Shown here: positions 29,979 to 36,880 of the stretch, in pieces
Numbering within the stretch: the stretch's first letter is position 1
Layout of the letters: each line of letters starts with the position of its first letter
Position numbers and translations under genes: made by a program
The notes under the pieces: model-generated
The model's input: the letters and a program-made list of their open reading frames with translations, nothing else
Databases searched by the model: none
Told to the model about the DNA's origin: nothing
Virus record (IMG/VR): IMGVR_UViG_3300045988_039819
Coordinates: 1-42,587 of that record
From: a virus
Strand: one strand, 5' to 3'
DNA: 42,587 bases

Positions 29979-30362
29979 CTATGCCTCCGTTTCTTTTTCC
30001 CAGTAGTACAGCGGCACTTCGCCGCCAGAATTCCACGAATCAAAAATCACACCATCCTGTACGCATACCACATGCCCGGATAGCGCCAAAATGTATGTGC
30101 CTACCGGTTTTTCCGTTGCAAAATCCGCCACCGTGAAGCAATCCGGGCATGTATCGGGGACGATATGCCGCCGGTAACCCAGCTTGCGGAGGTAAGCGCC
30201 CCAGCAAGCGTTTGCATTTGGAAGATCGCCGTCCAAGTACCCCTGGATGCAAAGCGCCAAATACACTTCGCCCCAGTCCTTTCCGGTTGCCTTGCAGATC
30301 GCCCGAACGGTGCAATCGGAAACATTGCGCCCGTTGGGGTTTGGGTTAAAGTAGCTATACAT
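29979..30362 (-). CDS. Cargo operon gene 2: putative papain-fold Cys-His-Asp protein (peptidase or transglutaminase-like)
   Basis: 127 aa. The residues N-terminal SDCTVRAI (Cys), later SGHVVCV (His) and DSWNSG (Asp) are ordered as in papain-like catalytic triads. Confidence 0.45.
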   Translation of the reverse strand: MYSYFNPNPNGRNVSDCTVRAICKATGKDWGEVYLALCIQGYLDGDLPNANACWGAYLRKLGYRRHIVPDTCPDCFTVADFATEKPVGTYILALSGHVVCVQDGVIFDSWNSGGEVPLYYWEKETEA

Positions 30363-30498
30363 GATCCGCCCTAGCGCTATGCATCAGCTCAATGGTTTTT
30401 ACGTACTGCGCCAGCCCGTCCAGATCGTTGGCGTAAGCAATAATGATGTCCCAGGCCATGCGATCCGTGAAGCCGCAGGCAATAAGGCGATCAAACAT
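30355..30498 (-). CDS. Cargo operon gene 1: micro-ORF (47 aa), absent from the ORF track
   Basis: The translation is MFDRLIACGFTDRMAWDIIIAYANDLDGLAQYVKTIELMHSARADHV*. The RBS is GGAAGGTGG. The ORF overlaps the next gene's start by 8 nt. Confidence 0.45.
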   Translation of the reverse strand: MFDRLIACGFTDRMAWDIIIAYANDLDGLAQYVKTIELMHSARADHV

Positions 30499-30527
30499 TT
30501 AACCACCTTCCTTCTTCCCTTATGGTA

Positions 30528-30555
30528 CAAAAAATTCGGGCAGTCAAACTGCCCG
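30528..30555 (-). terminator. Hairpin plus T-run on the minus strand, upstream of the cargo operon
   Basis: On the minus strand CGGGCAG-tttga-CTGCCCG is followed by AATTTTTTGT. Confidence 0.45.
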
Positions 30556-30575
30556 GATTCTGCCTGGATTCTGCC
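30555..30575. repeat. Tandem 11-nt direct repeat (GGATTCTGCC twice)
   Basis: GGATTCTGCCtGGATTCTGCC, lying between two hairpins in the divergent control region. Confidence 0.6.
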
Positions 30576-30634
30576 GTTGTCAAAGCGCACAAAAACCGCC
30601 GCCGGTTTTGTGCAGCTCTACAAACCTCAAAAAA

Positions 30635-30655
30635 TACCCCAAATTGGGGTATAAT
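30635..30655. promoter_or_regulatory. Hairpin TACCCCA-aat-TGGGGTA overlapping a plus-strand TATAAT box
   Basis: On the minus strand the hairpin is followed by TTTTTTGAGG, which is terminator-like. On the plus strand TATAAT (30650-30655) lies 44 nt upstream of the ATG at 30699. No good -35 element is present. Confidence 0.4.
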
Positions 30656-30698
30656 AATAAATGTAATCAAGAGGGGCAAAGCCCAGGAAGATAAAAAG

Positions 30699-30890
30699 AT
30701 GAAGAACACTATGTGGTATGCGGTTATGCGGGACAACGACGATACTGATTGGGGCACCGGCAGCAACAACATGGACGAGGCCATCGAGATGGCCAAGAAG
30801 TACCGCGCCGACGGGTACGAGGACGCTTACATCGCCGTGATCGACGACGGAGACGATCCTACTTGCGTGGACGAGATCCGGGATTTTTGA
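30699..30890 (+). CDS. Small acidic hypothetical protein
   Basis: 63 aa: MKNTMWYAVMRDNDDTDWGTGSNNMDEAIEMAKKYRADGYEDAYIAVIDDGDDPTCVDEIRDF. The RBS is AGGAAG. This type recurs on Firmicutes mobile elements, as far as I remember. Confidence 0.55.
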   Translation: MKNTMWYAVMRDNDDTDWGTGSNNMDEAIEMAKKYRADGYEDAYIAVIDDGDDPTCVDEIRDF

Positions 30891-30903
30891 GGAGAAAAGC
30901 GAC

Positions 30904-31155
30904 ATGTATTTTTGGCGATATGTCAATTTTGATACCGATGAGCAGGACAACTGCTGCGGCGTTTGCGATAGCATCGATTTGGCTCGCAACTGGGCCAAAA
31001 AGACTTGGGAGCGGCAATCCGCCAAGAGATCTTGTCGTGTGGAACTCTGCGAGATCGATACTCAGCTACACTCTACAGATTTGGCATATGCCTTACACAA
31101 CACCGACAGCAAGATCTCTATGCTCGCACAGGTTATAGAGAGATGGGAGCGATGA
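30904..31155 (+). CDS. Hypothetical Cys-containing protein
   Basis: 83 aa with a CCGVCD cluster. Confidence 0.5.
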   Translation: MYFWRYVNFDTDEQDNCCGVCDSIDLARNWAKKTWERQSAKRSCRVELCEIDTQLHSTDLAYALHNTDSKISMLAQVIERWER

Positions 31156-31502
31156 TGGACGATAAATTCAGTGCGCTTTTCAGCGCCGCGCTAAAGACGG
31201 ATGATCGGGATGAGTATATCTCCGATTGGGCGCTTTCCTCCGAATAGGAAGATGCCGCGGATGCTGAGGTCCCCGATCAGAGGATCAGCGCCCTCGGTGC
31301 CCTCTGGGATGTGGCCCACGCCAGTATCCGGGAAATCCGGGCCTATACCGGCCTCACCCGCACAAACTTTGCCCTCCGCTACCTGATCCCGTACCGCTCC
31401 GTGGAGAATTGGGAGCGGGGCGACAGCCAGTGCCCGGATTACGTCCGTCTCCTGCTGGCTCAGGTCACTGGCTTCTATCGCCGCCCGGGAGAAAGCCAAT
31501 AA
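31152..31502 (+). pseudogene. HTH protein gene interrupted by a single in-frame TAG (31245-31247)
   Basis: I read the frame codon by codon. MMDDKFSALFSAALKTDDRDEYISDWALSSE-TAG-EDAADAEVPDQRISALGALWDVAHASIREIRAYTGLTRTNFALRYLIPYRSVENWERGDSQCPDYVRLL... is a single frame. The tracked downstream ORF begins at a GTG (31311) with no RBS. Confidence 0.5.
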
Positions 31503-31503
31503 A

Positions 31504-31536
31504 AGGAGGCCGTGCCCAAATTGGACACGGCCTCCT
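31504..31536. terminator. Bidirectional intrinsic terminator between convergent genes
   Basis: AGGAGGCCGTG-11 nt-CACGGCCTCCT forms an 11-bp stem. On the minus strand it is followed by TTTTATT. Confidence 0.65.
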
Positions 31537-31537
31537 C

Positions 31538-31774
31538 TTATCCCCTGATGTCGTCCGCCAGGTGGGCGTAGGCCCTCCGGCGGAGCTTGTAGAGCCCATC
31601 CACGCTGAGGTTGAGCCGGGCGGCAGTCTGCAGGCAGCTGCGGCCCAGGACGTCCACCTCAACGATGCAGGTCTCCTCGTCCGGCGGCAAGCCCGCCGCA
31701 CGGACCGCCTCCGTGGCCCGGCGTGGGGCCATGCCGGAGAGCAGCGCTCTGATCTCCCGGTGCTGTGCGTCCAT
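31538..31774 (-). CDS. Small sigma-70 region-4-like HTH protein
   Basis: 78 aa. LQTAARLNLSVDGLYKLRRRAYAHL resembles a region-4 / LuxR-type HTH. It is the last gene after the endolysin. Confidence 0.5.
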   Translation of the reverse strand: MDAQHREIRALLSGMAPRRATEAVRAAGLPPDEETCIVEVDVLGRSCLQTAARLNLSVDGLYKLRRRAYAHLADDIRG

Positions 31775-31849
31775 TTACTCGCCGGACTTGCAGGACACGG
31801 CGCGGCCGTGCGGATGTCGCCATCATCTGGCTTGCCTCCTCTCAAATTG

Positions 31850-32863
31850 TTAGCCCGTCCAGTCGGCGCGGGCCTCGCGAATGTCGATGTGGGTAAAGCC
31901 CTGCTTGGCGTAGATGCCCACGCCGCCCCAGTCAGGCATGATCTCCCGGGCGTAGGCGGCCACCTGGGCCGGGGTCTTGCCGCGGACCACGATGTCCGCC
32001 GCCGTGCCGTAGCAGTGCTGGGACTGCGACGCGCCGCCGACCTTGGTATTGTACTGCGGCGTCCGGTAGGCACTGGAGATGGTCACTGGGGCCCCAAAGT
32101 GGCTCCGGATGCTCTGCAGCACCATCACCAGCCGGGGCGCCACCAGGACGGCGTCGCTCCCGTCGCCGCAGGCGAACTCGGAAACCTTGAAATTGGTGGA
32201 CAGCCTCTTGCCGCCGTCCTGGGCCTTGCTGTATGCGTTGATCTCTACCATAGGCTTGCCTCCCTCCGGCTCGTTATCGTTGAGGTATACCAGGATATAG
32301 TGCTGCACCCTCCGGGAGCTTGTGATCCGCTGGCCCTGGAAGTCGCACTGGCTGCTGCCGCCGCTGTCCAGCATCACGGCACTGGTCCAGCCTGCCCGGG
32401 CCAGATCGTTTCGCAGTCCCTCCGGCGTCCGGGCGGCACCGCTGCCGTCTCGGGAGCAGTAGAGGGCCAGCCGGTCGCCCTTGATGCCGATGGCGCTCCG
32501 CCCCCGCTTGCCGCCCTGGCCGGGGTCATAGGTGAGCTTGGCCAAGGCCTTGCCGCTGACAATAAGCGGCGTGCAGGCGATGTAGTTGCGGGCGCTGTCA
32601 GGCAGCGCGTCCATGCGGATGTCCGGCCCCTGGTCCCAGGCGTAGCCCGCCACGGTGTAGGCGGGAGACGCCAGGACCTTGCCGTCCGCCTTGAGATGGC
32701 AGTTGACGGCCAGGGTGCGCATGTTGTAGAGGGTCCCGTTGAGGCCGTAGTCCGCCCCCGTCTCCCGCATGATCTGGGTCAACGTCCTTCGCCGGGTGTT
32801 GACGTACACCTGGATGCGCCCGATCCGGGAGAGCGGCACGGTGACGGCGCTAGGGTTACTCAT
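31850..32863 (-). CDS. Endolysin: N-terminal phosphodiester-glycosidase (NAGPA/DUF2233)-like domain plus C-terminal peptidase M15 domain
   Basis: 337 aa. The N-terminal half carries RSAIGIKGDRLALYC and AVMLDSGGSSQ. The C-terminal half carries SAYRTPQYNTKVGGASQSQHCYGTAADI...FTHIDIR, the zinc D-Ala-D-Ala peptidase signature. It overlaps the holin gene. Confidence 0.75.
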   Translation of the reverse strand: MSNPSAVTVPLSRIGRIQVYVNTRRRTLTQIMRETGADYGLNGTLYNMRTLAVNCHLKADGKVLASPAYTVAGYAWDQGPDIRMDALPDSARNYIACTPLIVSGKALAKLTYDPGQGGKRGRSAIGIKGDRLALYCSRDGSGAARTPEGLRNDLARAGWTSAVMLDSGGSSQCDFQGQRITSSRRVQHYILVYLNDNEPEGGKPMVEINAYSKAQDGGKRLSTNFKVSEFACGDGSDAVLVAPRLVMVLQSIRSHFGAPVTISSAYRTPQYNTKVGGASQSQHCYGTAADIVVRGKTPAQVAAYAREIMPDWGGVGIYAKQGFTHIDIREARADWTG

Positions 32864-33122
32864 TGAGCTGCCTCATGGCCTGGTTGGCGCCGGTGGCGGC
32901 GAGGCCGGAGACGATGCCGATGGCCGCCGCCGTAATGTAGTCGGTGGCGGGGAAATCCGGCATGATGTACATGGCGGCGATGCCGAGGCCCAGGCCGCAG
33001 ACGCCGCAGATGATGGGGATCCACTTGCTGTTGATGGCGCTGGCCTTGACGGCCTGCCCGATCAGCAGGCAGATGACGGTGATGGCCGCCACCCCCGTGA
33101 TGCCCAGAGTGTTGATATCCAT
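32856..33122 (-). CDS. Holin
   Basis: 88 aa with three hydrophobic segments and a polar C-terminus. It lies immediately upstream of the endolysin and overlaps it. Confidence 0.7.
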   Translation of the reverse strand: MDINTLGITGVAAITVICLLIGQAVKASAINSKWIPIICGVCGLGLGIAAMYIMPDFPATDYITAAAIGIVSGLAATGANQAMRQLNE

Positions 33123-33160
33123 ACTGTGCTCCTTTCCGCGGGGGTCTCCCCCGCTTACGA

Positions 33161-33559
33161 TTACTCCGTCTCCTCCGTCCAGCCGTACTGACCGGGCTCC
33201 CAGATGTTGCCGTCGATGTCCGAGGTCCAGGTCTTGCCGTTGTGCCGCACCCGGTCCCCCTTACTGTAGGCGTTGGTGCTGTCCGGCTGTACCCAGTCCG
33301 GCACGGTGTCCGGGTCCGGGATCAGCACCCGGGCGAAGAGCGACGGTGCCGCCTCCGGCGTCCAGCTCTCCTGGCTGCTGTGGGCCTGCAGCACCCGGTA
33401 GAGAGTGCCGTTATACCGCACCCGGGTGCCCACGGCGTAGTCCACGCCGGAGCGCCAGGATGGATAAAGGACAGGAACGGACAAGGCCTGTTCATCCGTT
33501 GCCGATTCTCTCAATGTCACCAGTGCCGCAAGGATAGCTTCCGCTTCTGCTCTTGTCAT
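33161..33559 (-). CDS. Protein with two CBM5/12-type carbohydrate-binding repeats
   Basis: YAVGTRVRYNGTLYRVLQAHSSQESWTPEAAPSLF and YSKGDRVRHNGKTWTSDIDGNIWEPG both match the chitin-binding type-3 pattern. Confidence 0.6.
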   Translation of the reverse strand: MTRAEAEAILAALVTLRESATDEQALSVPVLYPSWRSGVDYAVGTRVRYNGTLYRVLQAHSSQESWTPEAAPSLFARVLIPDPDTVPDWVQPDSTNAYSKGDRVRHNGKTWTSDIDGNIWEPGQYGWTEETE

Positions 33560-33853
33560 TTACAACACCCCCTCAAGCATGGAAAGGAACTCGTCACCGC
33601 TGACAGGCTGTTCAGCCGCTTCACCCTCTGCGGCAATGCGCTTATTCACACGCCGCTGGATTTCCTCTTGCCAGTCAGTGGGTACATCGTCAATGGTGAT
33701 TTCGCCGCTGTAAAGCTGATTGACAAGGGCGGCTTTTTCACGGATTTCCGAGAGCAGAGCGTTGTACTCGGCTTCGGTGATTTCCGTGCCGCCGTAGCCT
33801 GTGCCGATGGCAACAATGGTATCGTTTTCGTTGTATTGTGCGTAATATCTCAT
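33560..33853 (-). CDS. Hypothetical tail-fibre-associated protein
   Basis: 97 aa, abutting its neighbours. Confidence 0.5.
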   Translation of the reverse strand: MRYYAQYNENDTIVAIGTGYGGTEITEAEYNALLSEIREKAALVNQLYSGEITIDDVPTDWQEEIQRRVNKRIAAEGEAAEQPVSGDEFLSMLEGVL

Positions 33854-34341
33854 AGTTCAATCCTAAACCATATATATGTTTTGCCTGCTAACATTTTTGT
33901 TGCGCTATCGTATTGGATTTTAAATGATGTATCATCTTCGTAACCATTGTAATCTATCGTTTGTGATATGCTTGAAAGTACAGAAAACCGCTTACTACTA
34001 TTTACATATACACCACTTCCTCTACGGGCGCTTATCAACGCTCCGATATTATCCGAAGGAGCGGATGCATTAGCTGCAAGAAAGACAAATGGCTGAGAAC
34101 TAAAGCCAACACTATCGTGAGAAATTGTAATTTCAGAAGTCGGCGTTTCGCTAAATGTTATTTCTCCAGAAATAAATTTTTTGCCACTTATCGTACCACC
34201 ACCCGCCTCAATGCTCTCGATCAGAGGCGCCATGCCGTCCAGCAGGGTGGCGTCCGGCACGGTGACGCCCTTGCCCTCGATGGCGGCTTTGATGGCCGCC
34301 TTCGCGCTCTCGATCCTGGTCACATCGCTTGCAATGCTCAT
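33850..34341 (-). CDS. Tail fibre tip / receptor-binding protein candidate (mosaic)
   Basis: 163 aa. The N-terminal roughly 48 aa are GC-rich. From about 34205 down to 33850 the DNA is sharply AT-rich. Confidence 0.5.
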   Translation of the reverse strand: MSIASDVTRIESAKAAIKAAIEGKGVTVPDATLLDGMAPLIESIEAGGGTISGKKFISGEITFSETPTSEITISHDSVGFSSQPFVFLAANASAPSDNIGALISARRGSGVYVNSSKRFSVLSSISQTIDYNGYEDDTSFKIQYDSATKMLAGKTYIWFRIEL

Positions 34342-34353
34342 GCTGTCCCCTCC

Positions 34354-35475
34354 TCAGATCGCCGCCAGCTGCGCCGCCAGACCCTGCATAGCGGCAAGAT
34401 CGGCGTAGAAGTCTGCCTGTGTGCCAGTGTAGCCCCCGGCCTGGGCCGCCGCATAGGCGCTCTGCCCCGCCGGTCCCGTGGGTCCCTGGGGTCCGGTCTC
34501 TCCCTGCGGGCCAGTTCCGCCCTGGGGGCCAGTCTCACCCTGGGGGCCTTGGGGTCCGGTCTCACCCTGCGGCCCCCTGGGTCCGGTCTCACCAGTGGCG
34601 CCTGTGTCACCCTTGGGGCCCTGGGGGCCGGTCAGGGCAGCCAGCTGCTCTGGCGTGAAGTCCGCATAGGTGAAACTGTCGCCCCTCTCTCCCTGGGGTC
34701 CTCGGGGTCCCTGGGGCCCGGTGTCACCCGTCTCGCCTTTCGGTCCCTGCGGGCCCGTCTCTCCCTGCGGGCCGGTCTCGCCCTGCAGACCTCTGGGGCC
34801 GGTGTCGCCGGTGGCGCCCTTGGGGCCGGCGGGTCCCTGAGGCCCCGTCTCACCCTTGGGGCCAGTGGGTCCCGTGGGGCCGGTCGCGCCCTGGGGTCCG
34901 GTGGCTGCCACGCCGCTGTCCGAGTAGGTCCCGGTCTGGGCGTCCCAGGTGTACCAGTTGCCGTTGTCCCCGATCTTGCCGGGATGGGAAGAGACCTCCT
35001 GCGCCGTCGCCGCAGCATCCTCCGCCGCCTTGGCGGCGTCCTCTGCGGCTTTTTGCGCCTCCTGGGCGTCCTTGGCGCCCTGCTGGGCCGCTGCGGCGTC
35101 CTTGCCCGCCTGGTCCAGCCAGCCCTGCTGCACCTCGCCGGGGTCCCCGCAGGCGCAGAGGGAAGGTGCCACCAGCGTCCGCCAAGTCTGGGACTTGGCC
35201 AGCGTGTCCCCCACGTAGTAGGAGAGCTGCACGTTGCCCCAGCCGGGCTTGTCCACGTCGGCACTCCGCAGCACCCAGACCGCCGTGTCCTCGTCCTGCG
35301 TCACGCCGCAGGGATAGGGCTCCGCGTCCCCCGCCCGCTTGGCGCAGAGGCTCACGGCGCCGTCGCCGTAAGCCGCCCGCCAGGCCCGGAGATCGAAGAC
35401 CACCTGCCGGGCTACATTCTCACCCTTGCGCCCCAGCGCCAGGTGGACGCCGGGATGGGCATAGATACTCTGCAT
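34354..35475 (-). CDS. Collagen-like repeat tail fibre protein
   Basis: The start is at MQSIYAHPG (ATG 35475), after AAGGAGG. Two long G-X-Y blocks ([28 protein letters not shown]...) are present. Confidence 0.75.
   Translation of the reverse strand: MQSIYAHPGVHLALGRKGENVARQVVFDLRAWRAAYGDGAVSLCAKRAGDAEPYPCGVTQDEDTAVWVLRSADVDKPGWGNVQLSYYVGDTLAKSQTWRTLVAPSLCACGDPGEVQQGWLDQAGKDAAAAQQGAKDAQEAQKAAEDAAKAAEDAAATAQEVSSHPGKIGDNGNWYTWDAQTGTYSDSGVAATGPQGATGPTGPTGPKGETGPQGPAGPKGATGDTGPRGLQGETGPQGETGPQGPKGETGDTGPQGPRGPQGERGDSFTYADFTPEQLAALTGPQGPKGDTGATGETGPRGPQGETGPQGPQGETGPQGGTGPQGETGPQGPTGPAGQSAYAAAQAGGYTGTQADFYADLAAMQGLAAQLAAI
34450..34905. repeat. Coding G-X-Y (collagen-like) triplet repeats, two blocks
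   Basis: Repeated ggtcc/ggGcc...ctc/cac units encode Gly-X-Y. Confidence 0.8.
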
Positions 35476-35485
35476 CGCCGCCTCC

Positions 35486-35782
35486 TTACCGCAGCACCCT
35501 GCGGCCCTTGACGGCGTACCAGTCGCCCTTGAGGCAGACAAAGGCGGGCATCTCGCCGCAGTCGCAGTCCACCAGCTCATCGTCCCGGACCTGCACGGGG
35601 TCCAGGGTGCCGGTGCCGGTGTCCAGCAGACCCCAGCCCGCCTCGATCATCTCGGGCGTCAGCTTGGGGCGCTCCGGGTCCACCATGACGGGATGGCCCA
35701 GCTCCCGCAGCTTGGCGTTGCACTCCTCCAGGGTGATGCCGCCCTGGGCGTAGGCGTTGATGGTCTCAGTAACCTTGCTCAT
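35486..35782 (-). CDS. Hypothetical protein
   Basis: 98 aa within the tail fibre cluster. Confidence 0.5.
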   Translation of the reverse strand: MSKVTETINAYAQGGITLEECNAKLRELGHPVMVDPERPKLTPEMIEAGWGLLDTGTGTLDPVQVRDDELVDCDCGEMPAFVCLKGDWYAVKGRRVLR

Positions 35783-35797
35783 GCTCTCGCTCCTCTC

Positions 35798-36094
35798 TCA
35801 CATCCCGCCGCTGATGAGCCAGGCGGCGAAGGCCCCCACCAGAGCCGCCAGCAGCGTGCTCACGATGCTGTCCCAGCGCTTGCCGGGCCGGGCCGCCAGG
35901 CCCTTGACGTCCTCCTTGATCTCCGCCAGGTCCTGCTTGACATGCCCCTGCTCGTTGGCCAGCTCCCGCACGGAGGAGGTCAGCTCCAGCAGGGCTTTCT
36001 GGTCTGCCTCCAGCTTCTTGATCCGCCCCTCGTTGCGCCGGGACCGGTCATCTACCTCCTGCAACCGCCGCACATACTCAGTCTCGTTATCCAT
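35798..36094 (-). CDS. XhlA-like protein (coiled coil plus C-terminal TM segment)
   Basis: 98 aa. A long coiled coil (RIKKLEADQKALLELTSSVRELANEQGHVKQDLAEIKEDVKGL) is followed by WDSIVSTLLAALVGAFAAWLISGG. Confidence 0.55.
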   Translation of the reverse strand: MDNETEYVRRLQEVDDRSRRNEGRIKKLEADQKALLELTSSVRELANEQGHVKQDLAEIKEDVKGLAARPGKRWDSIVSTLLAALVGAFAAWLISGGM

Positions 36095-36111
36095 GGGTCA
36101 CCTCCTCAAAA

Positions 36112-36876
36112 TTATCGGATCCGCTCGATGCGGACGCATCCCGCGCCGCCGGACCCCGCACCCAGCCAGCCGGTATAGTAGGCGTCGTTGCGGACTGCGG
36201 TCGGCTTGCCGCCTCCTCCGCCGTAGCCGCCTCCGCCTCCGGCCCCGGCGTAGTAGCCCGTGGTACTGCCAACATAATACAGACTGCCGCCGGCTCCGCT
36301 GCCGGCCCCGCGGCTGCCGGTCCTGCCGTTGCTGGTATGTGTGTTGCCGGACTCGGACAGCGCATATCCGCCATCGCCTCCGTCCCCGCCGAAGAGGCCC
36401 GCCCCTCCGGCTGCACTTACCGCCTCGTCGTTCCGCAGGCCTGCCGCTCCGCCGACGGAGCGGAAACTGGCGTCATAGATGCCGTCCGGCGGCGTGACGT
36501 CCGGAGTGTCGGTCCCGTTGCTAGGAAATGCCACCACGCCAGAGCCGGTAACGGACCCCGCCGTCTTGCCGCTGCCTCTGGCGGCGGAGATCAAAGCGCT
36601 CCCGCCGTAAGAGAGTGTGCTGGCCATATCCGAAATGGTAGCAGTCAGCACCGCTCCCGCCGGGAGATACTTGTCCAGATATCCGCCGCCGCCTGCACCT
36701 CCGGGAGCAGGGGTGGAGAGCGGAGCGGAATCATCTCCGTATCCGCCGGCGCCATGCCCGATGGCGATAATGCGGTACCATCCGGCATAGGGGACGGTAT
36801 AGGTGCCGCTCTCCGTCAGGAGCGCCAGTACCGGGCGGAACTGGGCGGACACGCCGCCCACACTGAGCTGTCCCAT
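36112..36876 (-). CDS. Glycine-rich-domain tail fibre-like protein
   Basis: 254 aa. GTYTVPYAGWYRIIAIGHGAGGYG is followed by multiple GGxGG runs and a C-terminal GAGCVRIERI. Confidence 0.55.
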   Translation of the reverse strand: MGQLSVGGVSAQFRPVLALLTESGTYTVPYAGWYRIIAIGHGAGGYGDDSAPLSTPAPGGAGGGGYLDKYLPAGAVLTATISDMASTLSYGGSALISAARGSGKTAGSVTGSGVVAFPSNGTDTPDVTPPDGIYDASFRSVGGAAGLRNDEAVSAAGGAGLFGGDGGDGGYALSESGNTHTSNGRTGSRGAGSGAGGSLYYVGSTTGYYAGAGGGGGYGGGGGKPTAVRNDAYYTGWLGAGSGGAGCVRIERIR

Positions 36877-36880
36877 CCTC

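Noticed and set aside
31465-32073. A 202-aa minus-strand ORF overlapping the endolysin 3' end and the HTH gene, preceded by a strong RBS-like GAGAGGAGG-ATGATG at about 31800.
   Set aside because: The product is an extremely Arg/Pro/Ala-rich out-of-frame shadow. The RBS-like sequence is noted in the endolysin finding, but the ORF itself is not credible as a protein.
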